Of a stretch of 64,000 nt of DNA, positions 13,615 to 26,167 are shown piece after piece. Under the pieces are notes generated by a model, which saw nothing but the letters and a program-made list of their open reading frames with translations, was not told the origin of the DNA and made no database searches. The position numbers were made by a program, and so were the translations under genes. Numbering within the stretch: position 1 is the first letter of the stretch; each line of letters begins with the position of its first letter. This stretch comes from Macrostomum hystrix. Taxonomy: Eukaryota > Animalia > Platyhelminthes. The DNA is taken from positions 10,850,001 through 10,914,000 of the forward strand of contig CATNEN010000007.1 of the NCBI GenBank assembly GCA_950097015.1. Reading direction: 5' to 3'.

Positions 13615-16600
13615 TCAGACATCGGCGGCCAGCCGGCCAGCCGGGATCGTGACGGCCTCGCCCGGCTTGAAGGGCGGCAGGCCCAGGTAGGGGCAGGTGG
13701 AGCAGCGGAACGCATCGCCCAGGTAGCAGTTGCCGCAAGACGACTTCGGCGCTGCCGCCCCGCCAGCCGCGGCACCGGCTGCGGCTGCGGCCTCCTCCTC
13801 GGCCAGGCCGCAGGTACAGTTCTTGCAGGCGCGCTTCTTCCCGGCAGCACCGGCCTCGCCGCAGCCGGCCGTCGCCTGCACCACCGGCGGAGCGCGGTCC
13901 TCCTCGGTCAGCAGCTCGTCCGTGTCAATCAGGCCGTCCTCATCTTCATCATCGTTGGCGCTGACCTGCCAGACCTTTCCAGCTGGCGCCGACAGCTTCA
14001 GCGGCGCAGAGGAGCCGAGCGCGTACTCGGGGCGTCTGCGTTTCAATGGTGGCATGGCGGAACTCATGGTTTGGCTTAGGATTTTATCGGTCAGGGCCGA
14101 TAAGCTGCGTTAACATGACATGCTAACAACACTACTACTAGTAAGTGTTGAGGTAAGTGTGCGAATTCAGGTGCGCCCCAGAACCTTCTGACTGACCCCA
14201 AGTCGAATGCCCTCACTCAAGCATTCCAAGTGCTGATGCGCCTTGTGCGAGGCCCTAAAGGGCGTTTATCCTATCGACAAGTAAAAATTGAAATTAACAA
14301 GTGAGACTCTTCAATAAGATAAACCTGGAAAGGTTACAAAAGAAACCATGATTGTGGGTTCTGGGGTGAAGAGAATAAGGTTGAGCTACCACGGAAGGCT
14401 TGCTTCCTCTCTCTATTCTATCAATGTCCCCTCTATATCTTTCTCTTACTCGAGGTCTACCTCTACAGTCTACGCCCCACTAACTCTTCCTCTCCCCCAC
14501 CTCCCTCTCTTCCTCTCCCCCACCTCCCTCTCTTCCTCTCCCCAACCTCCCTCTCTTCCTCTCCCCCACCTCCCTCTCTTCCTCTCCCCCACCTCCCTCT
14601 CTTCCTCTCCCCCACCTCCCTCTCTTCCTCTCCCCCACCTCCCTCTCTTCCTCTCCCCCACCTCCCTCTCTTCCTCTCCCCCACCTCCCTCTCTTCCTCT
14701 CCCCCACCTCCCTCTCTTCCTCTCCCCCACCTCCCTCTCTTCCTCTCCCCCACTTCCCTCTCTTCTTCTCCCCCACCTCCCTCTCTTCCTCTCCCCCACC
14801 TCCCTCTATTCCTCTCCCCCAACTCCAACTCTTCCTCGCCACTACCTCCCACTCTTCCTCTCCACTACCTCCCACTCTTCCTCCCCACTACCTCCCACTC
14901 TTCCTCTCCACTACCTCCCACACTTCCTCTCCCCCACCCCCCACTCTTCCTCTCCCCCACTTCCCTCTCTTCCTCTCCCCCACCTCCCTCTCTTCCTCTC
15001 CCCCACCTCCCTCTATTCCTCTCCCCCAACTCCAACTCTTCCTCGCCACTACCTCCCACTCTTCCTCTCCACTACCTCCCACTCTTCCTCTCCACTACCT
15101 CCCACTCTTCCTCTCCACTACCTCCCACTCTTCCTCTTCCCCAACTCCCACTCTTCCTCTCCCCCACCTCCCTCTCTTCCTCTTCCCCAACTCCCACTCT
15201 TCTTCTCCCCCACCTCCCACTCTTCCTCTCCACTACCTCCCACTCTTCCTCTCCCCCACCTCCACCTCCGTCCCGCAAAACCAAGGACAGCCTTGGAATA
15301 ACAGGTGTTCTTAAATTGTTACTTGTTAAAAAAATAATGTTCTGCCTTTAAACAAGCATGCAAAGCTGGTCTCAAAACAGAAATGCAAAGTTGTAGCAGG
15401 CTAAGCACAACCCTACACTGCAGACATCCTTAAAATGCTCACAGCGCAGAACACTGTACACAGACATCAGAAACAAAATGCTCACAGCGCAGAACACTGT
15501 ACACAGACATCAGAAACAAAATGCTCACAGCGCAGAACACTGTACACAGACATCAGAAACAAAATGCTCACAGCGCAGAACACTGTACACAGACATCAGA
15601 AACAAAATGCTCACAGCGCAGAACATTGTACACAGACATCAGAAACAAATGCTCACAGCACAGAACTCTGTAAACAGAAGATAAAAAATACATTAGGTAA
15701 GTTGCGCATTCGGCAAGGCGGGAGAAAAATAGGTGGGCGAGCATGGAAATACAGGACTGAGAATTAGGGGGCGCGGAGGAGTTTGGTGCGGCCAGTTACA
15801 ATCTGGCGCAAATCAACAAGGTGTTCAGCAATCTTAATTAACATTGGGGATCGAAAAGAATAAGTTAACCGTCCCGATCCGACCCGTGAGCTCACTCCTA
15901 GTTATCTCGCTCAGATCGTTGCTAAATCCCACTGCTCAGCCATGGGATTAAGCAGTGATCAAGAGAAAGTCGAAAGGATAAGACTGCTCGGGTCATTGCT
16001 CTAAGCAGGGCCTAAAAAACAACATGGCGCTGAGTAAGTCTCAGTTGCCAGGCCCCTGACGCAAATTGCAGGCTTTGCTGGAGGATCCACGCAACCCGGG
16101 AATCGGGAAGGTGAAGGGAAAAGGGAAATCATCACTCGCCTCACTGCACTCCCTATAATCTCCGTGAAATGGGCGGGAGGGTGGGAAGCCCAGCCTGAGA
16201 GGTGAAAGGATCGGAATGCGAGTGGGATGGGATCGGAATGGCAGGGGAAAAGTTAGGAATGGGAGGCCGGGCGCAGGGGAGGTGAGGAGCGGGGCAGCCA
16301 ATGCCGGCGGAGCAAGGCGGGCGGGCCAATGCGCAGCAAATATTTTCCACCTCTTCACGACGGCGGCCTCCCGGAGTGGGAAACTGAGACCAAAGAAAAG
16401 CTAGATAAAGGTGAGTGCCCTGCTGCAACTCAGCTTACAGCCTAGCGACTCAAAGACAGCTCAGTCCGGAACTCAGCTCTGTAGCTCCCAGTACACATTG
16501 AAGCACCAGCGCCCTCATGACCAGTCAAGTCAGGATGGACCGCAGCCTGTTAGTCTGCAACGGGGTCAAAGCGGCTCAGCCGCAGCAGCCGCCGCCTTCT

Positions 16601-19600
16601 CGGAGCGGCAATTTCTCCGTCAGGTCACTGCTGAACCTCGACGACGATCTGTCAGCAGCTGGAGCGCCCACGGTGGAAAATGCGTCGTCTGCGGCCGATC
16701 AGCAACAGCTGCTGCGGCAAGGTGAGTGCGAATGCCAGTTCAAACCAGCTATTTTTACTCGAGGGACTTAGGCCCGCGTGGAGGCAAGAAAGCGGGCAGA
16801 TCTCCGCAGCAGGTTCCCATTAGGGCTTTCACGGGGATCAATCTTGGAGCAAGTCATGGGAGCGGCTGGAAGTCGGGTGGAAGGGGATGTTTTTTGCGAG
16901 GATCACTGATCGGTATCTGGGGATCTCAGGCAGCAGCAATTAGGCCCAGCTTCAGATTATCATCTCAGGGCAAAGAAGTCCAGCTGAAGGAGGCGATGAG
17001 AAAAGGGAAAGGCGGGAGCAAAGTGAGTTTCGGGCAAGAAAGATGCTGCAAGACAGCCAAGTTTCCAGTTGGGGCAACTCATTAAGAGCAATGAAGGCGC
17101 GATTGGAGCTGCATGGATGGCAAACAAGGGTGAAAAAGATTTGCTACAACAGCAAGCAGCACGCTACAGGTACGGCTGGCTGAGCAGGCGCGCAGATTAG
17201 AGTTTAGAGTAGCTGCACGGAAACAGCCGCCCAGTCATGCAACATAAGCCGTGCTTAATAAAGCAGCTTTTTATGCGAGACAAAGAGATGCTTGGGCAGT
17301 TAGGGAATTCGCAGCGAGCCCTCTCCATCCCAGTACGAGCCCAGAGTTCCCAGATCATCAGTCGATCTCGCCTCGCCAATTTTGGGAGGCAAAGCAAAAG
17401 CTTTTCTAATGGAGATTTGTTTGCCCGCCGGGCACGCAGCGCAGAAGAGGCTCGGAGTGACAACGGTCAGCTGGGCACTGAATTGCCTTTCAGGCATTGA
17501 TTTCCGAGGCGCTAAATGCAGGCTGGCACACACGGCCACGCACTCTCTCAGTGCGAGGGACTCGCACAGGTGCGGTCTCAGCGTGGCACCCCTCCCGCTT
17601 CTCTCTTTGTTTGGGTCGCATCAATCGGAGCAGGAGGGCCGGGCCGAGGTAAATGGAATTCTAGGTGGCTTTTAAACAGTTTCTCCGCGCCGGGGCATCA
17701 GAGTCCCGCTTCGATTCCCATTCGGTCAGCGAATTTACAATGGGCGGCGGATCGATGCCTCTGCGACATCTGAACTGACATTAACAGCGGGTAATTGTGA
17801 AAGCAAATGGTCCGAATGCTAACAATCAGCAAAAATGGGACGAGTTTTTCCAATCTGCAGTTGGGATTTTTCATTGCAGCAATTTGGGCAAATGTGTGCT
17901 CTGCCAGGGCAATATTCGACAATCGGCAATGAGCAGGCAAGCGCCTGGCAATTAAGTGTTTAGCTCAAATTCAGACACCGTCTGGCCTCAAGTCAAAGGC
18001 GGTTGCGCAATATCCCTGCTCACACTCGCGCAGTGGAAGGAGTGTGAGAGGGGAGGGCCGAGAAGGCCACGGCAACTTCGGCCAACTTCAATCAAAATCG
18101 CCGATTGTCCAAGCGGAAACATGGGGTGGTTCGGCGGGCCGTAAAACATATAGAATTGAGAGGCGCTGAAGTGACAAGGCAATTTGGCAACAGGTCGGGG
18201 CTTGGGAGAAAAACTTTCTCAGCCAGCCGTGCATGAAATGCTGAGATGGGTCCAGGCTGTCATTAGAACTTCAATTTCAGTTCTGAGGCGGCCCCTGATC
18301 CCCGTTGTCCGGCAGGCCGAAACCCTCTGCCGAGTCTCCGGGGGCCGAGTGAGTGAGAGATCGATGATTATCGCGCGCGGGTGCCAAGACAATAAGCCAA
18401 AAAGCAAAGGGGGCGCATCGCAACAAGGCATGTAAAATGCTCCGAGGGGATAACTGGGATTAGCCTCCCAGATGTCAGGGTCTCAGATTTCATCTACACT
18501 CTGAGCAGGCTGAGCTTTCCTTTTTAACCCAGCGGCCAAATTGCCCCCTAATTAATCATCTCGATTCCCGTCGAACCACAGGCGGCAGTCCAGGCGGTGG
18601 CAGCAGTGAGCGCTGGCCTAGCTCGGATGCGGACGAGACGGCGCCGCTGCCGGCGAGCCGTTGCTGCGAGCTAGACGACTACGCCGACGAATACGAGGGG
18701 GACGCCGAGGATGCCGCGGGCCTCGTGTTGGAGGATGACGAGGACGAAGAGGAGGACGACGATCCGGAGCGCAGCCGCTCGGTGTCCGCCGAAGGTTTCG
18801 GCAGCGGAGCTCGCGGCGGCGAAGGTGCGGGCGGTCAGCCGGTTAGCGGCGGTAAGGTGAAGAAGCGCAAGCGCCGAGTCCTGTTCACCAAGCAGCAGTG
18901 CTACGAGCTGGAGCGGCGCTTCCGCCAACAGAGGTACCTGTCGGCTCCGGAGCGGGAGCACCTGGCCAGCATCATCAACTTGACGCCGACGCAAGTAAAG
19001 ATCTGGTTTCAAAACCACCGCTACAAGTGTAAGCGGGCCAGCCAGGAGAAGGACACCCACCACCATCATGACGGGCGGCATCTGCTGGATCTGGAGGTCG
19101 GTGGCCACTTGGGCTCGCCGAAGCGCGTCTCCGTGCCCGTCCTGGTGAGGGACGGCAAGTCCGCGTGTCCGCCGTCGTTGCTAACCGGTCACCACTTGCC
19201 GCTACCTCTGCCGTTCCCATTCAGCGGCCCGGGCGGTCACTTCCCGGCGCCGCCTCCGCCGCCACTGCTCGGCTCGTTCCTCGGTCATCCGGGCCTCTGT
19301 CCGCTGCCTCTGCCGGGAACACCCTGGTGGCCGACGACCACTAGCAGCAGCGGCGGCGGCGGCGGCAGCGGTGCTGCAGGCAACAACTAACTGACTAGTG
19401 GACTGATCCGCGCACCCAGATGTACCCAAATATGCATATATTACACCAACTTGTGTATAAAGTGATTCGATTGTTGTTCGTACTCTGACACAGCTGCTTG
19501 GCTTGTTTATGTCCATGTGCAGTAAGCACTCCACAATTTGAGTTTTAGCACTCTAATACGGGCTGCCCACTTCAGCTGTCTTGCTTTCTCGTTTCGCTTC

Positions 19601-22600
19601 TCTGATTTGTTCTCTATCTGCCTGAGCCTGACCTGTCTGTTTGCGCACAATGGCCATGTGAGTGTCCCCCAGTCACAATCAATCAATGACGTTTCTTGTA
19701 CATGCAATGAATTCGGATGACTATAGTGAATTATACAGGCATTAAATCGATTCTTCATTATTAAGCCTACTTGCTTTTGCACCCTTTAACTGGCGAATAA
19801 GATTGCCGTCCAGTGCTTCAACACCCCCTTTGGTCCGCTTCTAATTTCTTTGCAACCACTCAATTGAAATTGCCGGCCCTCAGAGACACGCTAGAGTGGG
19901 CGGGGCGGGCCTGGACATAGACAGGAGTGGACAGGCTGAGATTAGGATGCCTAGCGCCTGTTGCCAGGCGGGTAGCAAAGAGGATCATGACTCTTCCACT
20001 TCTTCGCCCTAGTCCAGCTATCTTAATTCCCTAACAGGCACTGCCAGTAATTATGGGGGCCGCTCAAGATGGCACAGAGCAACAATTTTCACTTTTTTTA
20101 AATGGCGGCCAGTCGTGCTAAAAAACTGAGACACGCAGCCACCCCAAGAGAAGGATCGGTCCAGTTGAATAGAGCCTGGGCGGGGCGGCGCCGCCCTCCA
20201 GCCCGCTACTGTCTTCTGCTTTGCCGAAGGAACTCAGACAGGCTTGACGTGGCGATCTCCCGGGAACAATGGGGGGCCATATGGTAGAACTGGAGGAGGG
20301 GCCACAGGGAGACTCGGGTCCGCCATGTGGTGGCGAATGGGGAGAAAGAGTAAAGCCGTGGGATCAGGTCGGATCATCTCACAATGGAAGAATCGCATAT
20401 TAACTTAAAGGGGGCCACCCTCACTTTTTTGTGTAAAAAACAGCAAAGTGGCGGCCGTGCCGATCAATCAAGACCCGAATATTTTAGCAGCCTGGCAGTG
20501 TTTTCTGTGTGCCAAGATGGTGCGCCAAGGGGAGGAAAAGGTGTGAGATGAGGCACTCCGGGAGCCGAGTAGGGTCCTCACAATCGCTCTCGGCCTTGTT
20601 TGCGCATGATCCATCAGAGCCTGCCACCCACAAACGCGGGCAGAGTCGGGGCCAGACAAACAGGAGCTCGAGCTGCTGTGTGCTCGGCCAGTTGGGGAAT
20701 CTCTGCTTGAAATGCGGGGCGGACAGGCGGGCGGGGAATTTGATAGCGGCCAGAGCAAACTGTCCGATGACAGCGGAGGGTGGCTTTAAGCGGCCGCAAA
20801 GCCGGAGCCGGAAATCAACTGGAGCCCTCGGAGTCGATCAGCGAGCGGGAGAAACCCGAGAAATCCTCAACTGGGGAGGGGCTGCATGGAGGCGCTTGAC
20901 TTCTCGGCGGGGATCAAACTGAGGGCCGGGTGTGTCCTGATGGCGTGACGCCTTTCTCCTCCCCCAAATAGGGATGAGGAACACACAGGGCCAAACAACA
21001 AAAGCAGCCCCTTTCTAACTCTTTTGACTTTCGACTGAGAGGATAAAGAAGACAAGCCCCACCGCCCGAACTCCAAAGCACACAGAATCCTGCGTGGTCG
21101 TTGCGGCTTTAGCAGCCCAAGCTGCCTTCCATTGCACTGCGCCTCAGCTGCCCCTGGTCCTTGTGCTCACAAGAGAGGTGAAGATAGGCTAGCACTGACT
21201 CGGGGCTGCTGTTGTCTCCAGTTCCGCGCCCGACAATAGCCCGCTATAGGAGTCCAGGCAAGGAGTGGCACAACTCAGGGACAGTTTTCAGGGAGTGTGA
21301 GCGAGGAGACAGGAAGGTGGGAAAGAGGGGCTGGGAGAGCGGAGGACTCAGGTGAGGAGGCGTTTGATTCCTGCCCTCTTTCTGTTTATTTTTTACGACG
21401 CACTCCCATTAGGCCAACTTCCTTGCATAGCGCTGGGCCAGATCGCAAGACAGTGGCACTCAGGAAGCGGAGTGGCGCGGCTGCGAGGCAGGCTTGTAAA
21501 TTCTCGCTCCGCAACTCTCACTTAAGTTCGGGAAAGGAGGAAGGAGAGTCGCCAGCCACACGACTTTCTCACTCACCTACTCAACCAATAAAAAATACAA
21601 TATAAGACAAAGGAGAGGACAGGCAGCGGGGCTGGTAGAGAGTCGAGCGGTTTTAGGGGAGTCGGAAGCCGAGGAGAGAAGATGGAAAGAGGGGAGGCTG
21701 GGATTATACGAGGAGGAGGCCAGTGATGGAGCCTGCCATCAGCTGTCACAGGAAGCGCAGGGGATCTAGTTGGGAGTGGGGGTCTATCAGGAGGCCACTG
21801 CAGACACGGAGGACACGTGCGAGCTGGGAGTGATGAGGGGCAGCTCTCCCGAGCCGGCGTGGGCGGTGGGCACTTGAGCAGCCTGTCCAATTTGTAACGG
21901 CACGGCGCCCGGCCCATCGAGGTGAAAGGGAGCCTGCCTGCGCCACTCGAGGACCCGCAAAGAGTGTTCGGCCTGACAGTGCTCTGCTTGCAAATGGGTG
22001 AGCCAGAGTGCCCAAGTGAGAGCGGAGAGGGGGACTGAGAGCAAGGTAAACACCGCGGACACATCATTGCCAACAAGCATTACAGGCAATTCTGAATTCC
22101 GGAGCAACAGGGACTCAGCGAGTGATGCAACCCCTCAGCCCCGCCGGGCAGAGTAGGAGAAATTCCCCCAAACTATTCTACTCCTCATTTCGTCTCATTC
22201 ATCTGGTGGAAGTTTCTGAAGAAGTCACTCCAGTGCTTGACTGAAAGCCTTTATGAGCTGCGAGCAGTGCTAGCGATCAGGGAGTAAATATTGTTTATTC
22301 GTGCAGGAAAAGCTTTGTTTCGCGACAAAGCAAAGGGGGCGCTGCAGAAATGCTGATCTGAGGGCGGGGCAGCCACTCGTAAAGCACTCGCCGACACCAG
22401 CCAGATTTTAATATTTAAGAAGCCCAGAACCCTGGGGCTGCAATTATTAGGCACTTGCGAGTTGCCAGAACAGCCACTCCGCACCTCAGCCTGCGATGAG
22501 TGAGAGGGACGCCCCCTCCGCTGCGAGTGAATCTGGCTGGGCGCTAGAGATGGCGGGCCAGGTAAGCTGCGAGGCGCGAATGACAGAAAAGTTATTGCTG

Positions 22601-25415
22601 GCCAAATATTGATTGAGAGCTGGCGGAGCAGTTTGGTGATGGCAGCGGAAAAGGCCCTAAAAAACACGGCTCGCCGTGTCAGGCCAGCGCCGGGTGGCGA
22701 GTAAACAGCGCAGCACTTCCGCGAGAAAGCCCTCGGCCGGCCAAGTGATCTCTTGTGCGACTTTTTTAATTGCCAGCAGCCGATGCCAAGGTGCTAATGG
22801 CCTGTGCCAGCTCAACTACTTAAATCAACTGCAGAGAGGATCACGCAGTAGATAACTGGCTCACTCTTCCGCCGCACCTTCCCGAGGCTGCGGCTGCCGT
22901 GGCTGATCGCGGCAGCATTGCTGGGCAAACACGGCATTCCCAGGAATTGAGTGGGTCTGAGTGACGCGCCCCACCTCGCATGTTTGACAACCGGTTGCAG
23001 GCTCTAGCCATCTCCCCGCCGAGGATGCTGCAAAACAGACACCATCCAAATCGGAAGTGACGGGAACTGGAGGAGGGAAAGAGAGGCCGAGGATAAAAAG
23101 GGAGATCGTGAGGTGCGTGGGGAGATGCCTGGTGCTAAAGCGAGCGGAAGACACGCGCGATTGACGCGAAAGTAACGAGAGAGAGAAAGCAGCAGCAGCA
23201 GCAGCTTTAAGCGGGGGGCTGAAGCAGACACAAGTTGCGGCCCGAGTGGCGGCGGCCATTTGAGTCGTCGGAAGGCGGGAATGCGAGAAACACACTTCCA
23301 GGGTGTGAGGCGGGGAGGCTGGGAGAGCAAAGATGCAGCAGCGGCAGCAGCCCAGTGGAAGAACAATGGAACAGTGGCAGAGTAGCTGGATGAGAGTGCG
23401 GAGCACGGAAGCCCGAGAGCAGGCCGCTGAAGCCATTGAGACCATGAGAGACTTTAATTTGCCAGTGATCGGCCCCATTAACGCAGCCGGGGCCGAGTCA
23501 ATACCGGCAGGATGCGGCCGGGTCGGAGATGGCACTCCGGCCTGAGCAAGAGCGGTGCAAACACAGCGCGCAGTCCGGACCAACTTGCTTTTAACCAGCA
23601 ACAATCGACCACTCAAGCCTTCCCATCCAGCCTCAGCTGAGTCGGCAGCGGCCTGAAAGCCTGCCTCATCCGCTCCGCATCAAGCGAATGGACTCTCAGA
23701 CCCAGAGGCGCCCAACTTCCCCTGCATTCTCGGCCTCTCCCTTTTACTCTCCGCGGTCCTCCAGCCCGAGAACTCAGCCGCACTCCTTGACTCTTCAGAG
23801 TCCTCACTGAGCAGCCCAGAGCAGCTGCCGCCTGTGTTCTCCAGCCAACCGCGGGCTCCAACGGCACGCGTCTGGAGGGCCGGGGTTTGGCCCATAGACA
23901 GGCAGAGGGATCAGTGGGAGAGAAAACAAAGAAGGTGCCATGTGCCAGGCTCAACAGCCTTATCCAATTCTCTTCTAAGTCACTTTTTATCTCTCAAATT
24001 GAAGGCAATAATTTTTCAAAAAGTTGTTTTTTTAAAAGCCACATGACCCCCATTCCAGGCCGCCTACTTGAATTGGAGCCCCGCCCCCGGGAGCGGAGCC
24101 TCGATCAACATTGCCGTCCCTCGACCGCACTGTCGTTGGTCCCACAGCCCCCAGCCCCTTTGACCCTGGCCATGGCCAGTTCGCTGCTCACAGCTCGACT
24201 TGTTTGAGCAGAGTCATCCGCCAGCCTGCGGTGTCCGGGAGGCCTTGTAAAGTCTCATTTTGCAAAGCCAGGTGCCGGTGTGGGCCGCACGGAAGCGAGG
24301 TCAGGCCGTTCGAATCCCAGGGGAAATATTGGGTTACGAAGCTCGCAGGGATATCGCTGACTGGGGGATTTGCACAGATTTATAGGCCGCAGTTAAAGAA
24401 GCCGAAGGGGCAGATGGAGCAAATTAGAGTAAACTGAAGTGTTTACAAAACCAAAAAGCTTGCTCAGCCGAAATGCCGAAACTACCGACCTCAACAAATG
24501 CCAGTGTAATTGCAGTTTCATCTGCGCATTCATCTGCGCACACAGTGAGCACAGACTGAGCACAGACTGAGCACAGACTGGGCATAACACATCTGACACA
24601 AATTTCAACAACGCTTCGTTTTACGAGCTACTGCACAATGAACACGCCAATAGTCATAGTACATCAGCATCCGCAAACTAGAATAGAAAATCAATACTAT
24701 ATAGAAAATAGCAAGTAGGATAAAATGTGGTTGCCCTCTACTGAGCTAGCCCTCACCCTCCACTGAGCTAGCCCTCACCCTCCACTGAGCTAGCCCTCAC
24801 CCTCCACTGAGCTAGCCCTCACCCTCTACTGAGCTAGCCCTCACCCTCTACTGAGCTAGCCCTCACCCTCCACTGAGCTAGCCCTCACCCTCTACTGAGC
24901 TAGCCCTCACCCTCTACTGAGCTAGCCCTCACCCTCTACTGAGCTAGCCCTCACCCTCCACTGAGCTAGCCCTCACCCTCCACTGAGCTAGCCCTCACCC
25001 TCCACTGAGCTAGCCCTCAGCCTCTACCCAGCCGCTCCCTTGTGTACCTGGCCACCAGCACGCTGTTTCCCTCGGCCTCCACGCTGACAAAGCCCGCCAG
25101 CGTGAGGTCCCGGCGGACAGCGTCAGGCGCGTCAGCGGCGGCCAGCGGCAGTCGGAGGGCACCGCCCGGCCGCAGCAGAGGCAGCAGGCGGCTCAGCTGG
25201 TCGCGGCTGAGTGCCAGCGGGTGGGCGCCGATGAGATCAGTGACGCCGCCAAGCAGCGGGTGTTGGCCGGCCGAGTCGAGCAGGCGGTCCAACTGCTCCA
25301 GCTGCACCCGGGCGCCGCCGGTGCCGAGAGCGGCCATGAGCTCGGACAGGGACTCCGGGCTGGCTTCGCGCCACAACAGCATGGCAACAGAGTCTGCGGT
25401 CAGGGGGGCAGGCAT
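13615..25415 (-). CDS. CIAPIN1: Anamorsin (CIAPIN1/Dre2), cytosolic Fe-S assembly factor; exons 25415-25048 and 14035-13615, 11,012-bp intron
   Basis: Exon 1 encodes the methyltransferase-like domain (LRPGGALRL...LTLAGFV). The phase-2 join AG|A gives [17 protein letters not shown]. Exon 2 has LIDTDELL, C...[12 protein letters not shown] and [29 protein letters not shown] (CX2CX7CX2C). Confidence 0.92.
14478..15270. repeat. Polypyrimidine/polypurine minisatellite (~23-bp unit CCTCTCCCCCACCTCCCTCTCTT and degenerate variants)
   Basis: About 800 bp almost free of G on the + strand. Higher-order duplication between ~14740-14940 and ~14940-15140. Confidence 0.9.
15432..15680. repeat. 43-bp minisatellite, ~5.5 copies
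   Basis: Unit AAAATGCTCACAGCGCAGAACACTGTACACAGACATCAGAAAC. Confidence 0.9.
16250..16410 (+). promoter_or_regulatory. Putative Nkx2.2 promoter (tandem CCAAT boxes, GC boxes, GATA site)
   Basis: GCCAATG at ~16298 and ~16326, GC-box-like runs and AGATAA at ~16402, upstream of the ATG at 16517. Confidence 0.4.
16517..19390 (+). CDS. NKX2-2: NK2-class homeobox protein Nkx2.2/vnd; exons 16517-16721 and 18582-19390
   Basis: TN/eh1 motif FSVRSLLNL in exon 1. Phase-1 GT-AG intron. Homeodomain [59 protein letters not shown] (Tyr54). NK2-specific domain [15 protein letters not shown]. Confidence 0.92.
24734..25020. repeat. 22-bp minisatellite, ~13 copies, just inside the anamorsin intron donor
   Basis: Unit CCCTCACCCTC(C/T)ACTGAGCTAG. 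Confidence 0.95.
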
Positions 25416-26167
25416 TGCGAGCTGCGGGCAGGCGGAGGAAGATCGGCTAGTTGATGTCGGTTTTAAATTTCGGATATCTAGCTGTCAGACAAAGGCTTCC
25501 CAGTTTCCCCCTGAAGTTCAGGCCAGCTTCTACGAAACTTGAGCACTGGTTGCTGCTCAAAGTACCAGTAACCAGGAAGACAGTCAGTGACACAAATAAA
25601 ACGCTTAAATACTACAAGATAAGAGAATCAGTCACGTTTATTGCACAGGGGTCATAGGTACCGGTTGATATGTATAAGAATGCGAGTTCAGATTCGCTAC
25701 GCGTGGCTATAGCGGTGTAGAATAATTCATAGGATTTTTGTTTAAACGAATGAAATGCAGGCCCATTCAGTAGGGTAAACTCTGCCCAAACGCACTGTAG
25801 CACCAGGGCGCATTGGGGAATACGGGGGTCAGCTGTTCGCGCAGACAAAATTATTGTCATAACAAGGCAGACTAATCGGTACCTGAACTAATAACTGTTA
25901 GTTACTCATAAAAGCAACTGTCACACGGTCAATAATATTGGCTGATACTTTAGGTCTGATTGAAAATCGCGCTTCTCAAAATAGCAAGTGAGAATTGTCG
26001 CATTGAAAGGTTTGTGACGCGCACATGACATGCACAGAAAAATAGTTTGAAAAGTGTAGCAAATGCGTTAAACACTACTTAAGAGTAGACAAACTAGAAT
26101 GCACAGATGAGTCTTTATGCACAGTGGGATAGGGATAAAAGGCTCCCCAGTCTAGACTGAGCGCAGT

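Noticed and set aside
14348-15301. 317-aa Pro/Ser/Leu ORF and its antisense Gly/Glu/Arg ORFs
   Set aside because: Translation of a CT-rich minisatellite
22861-23616. 251-aa minus-strand ORF inside the anamorsin intron
   Set aside because: Non-ATG start, no domain, and composition typical of GC-rich non-coding DNA; the anamorsin exons join without it
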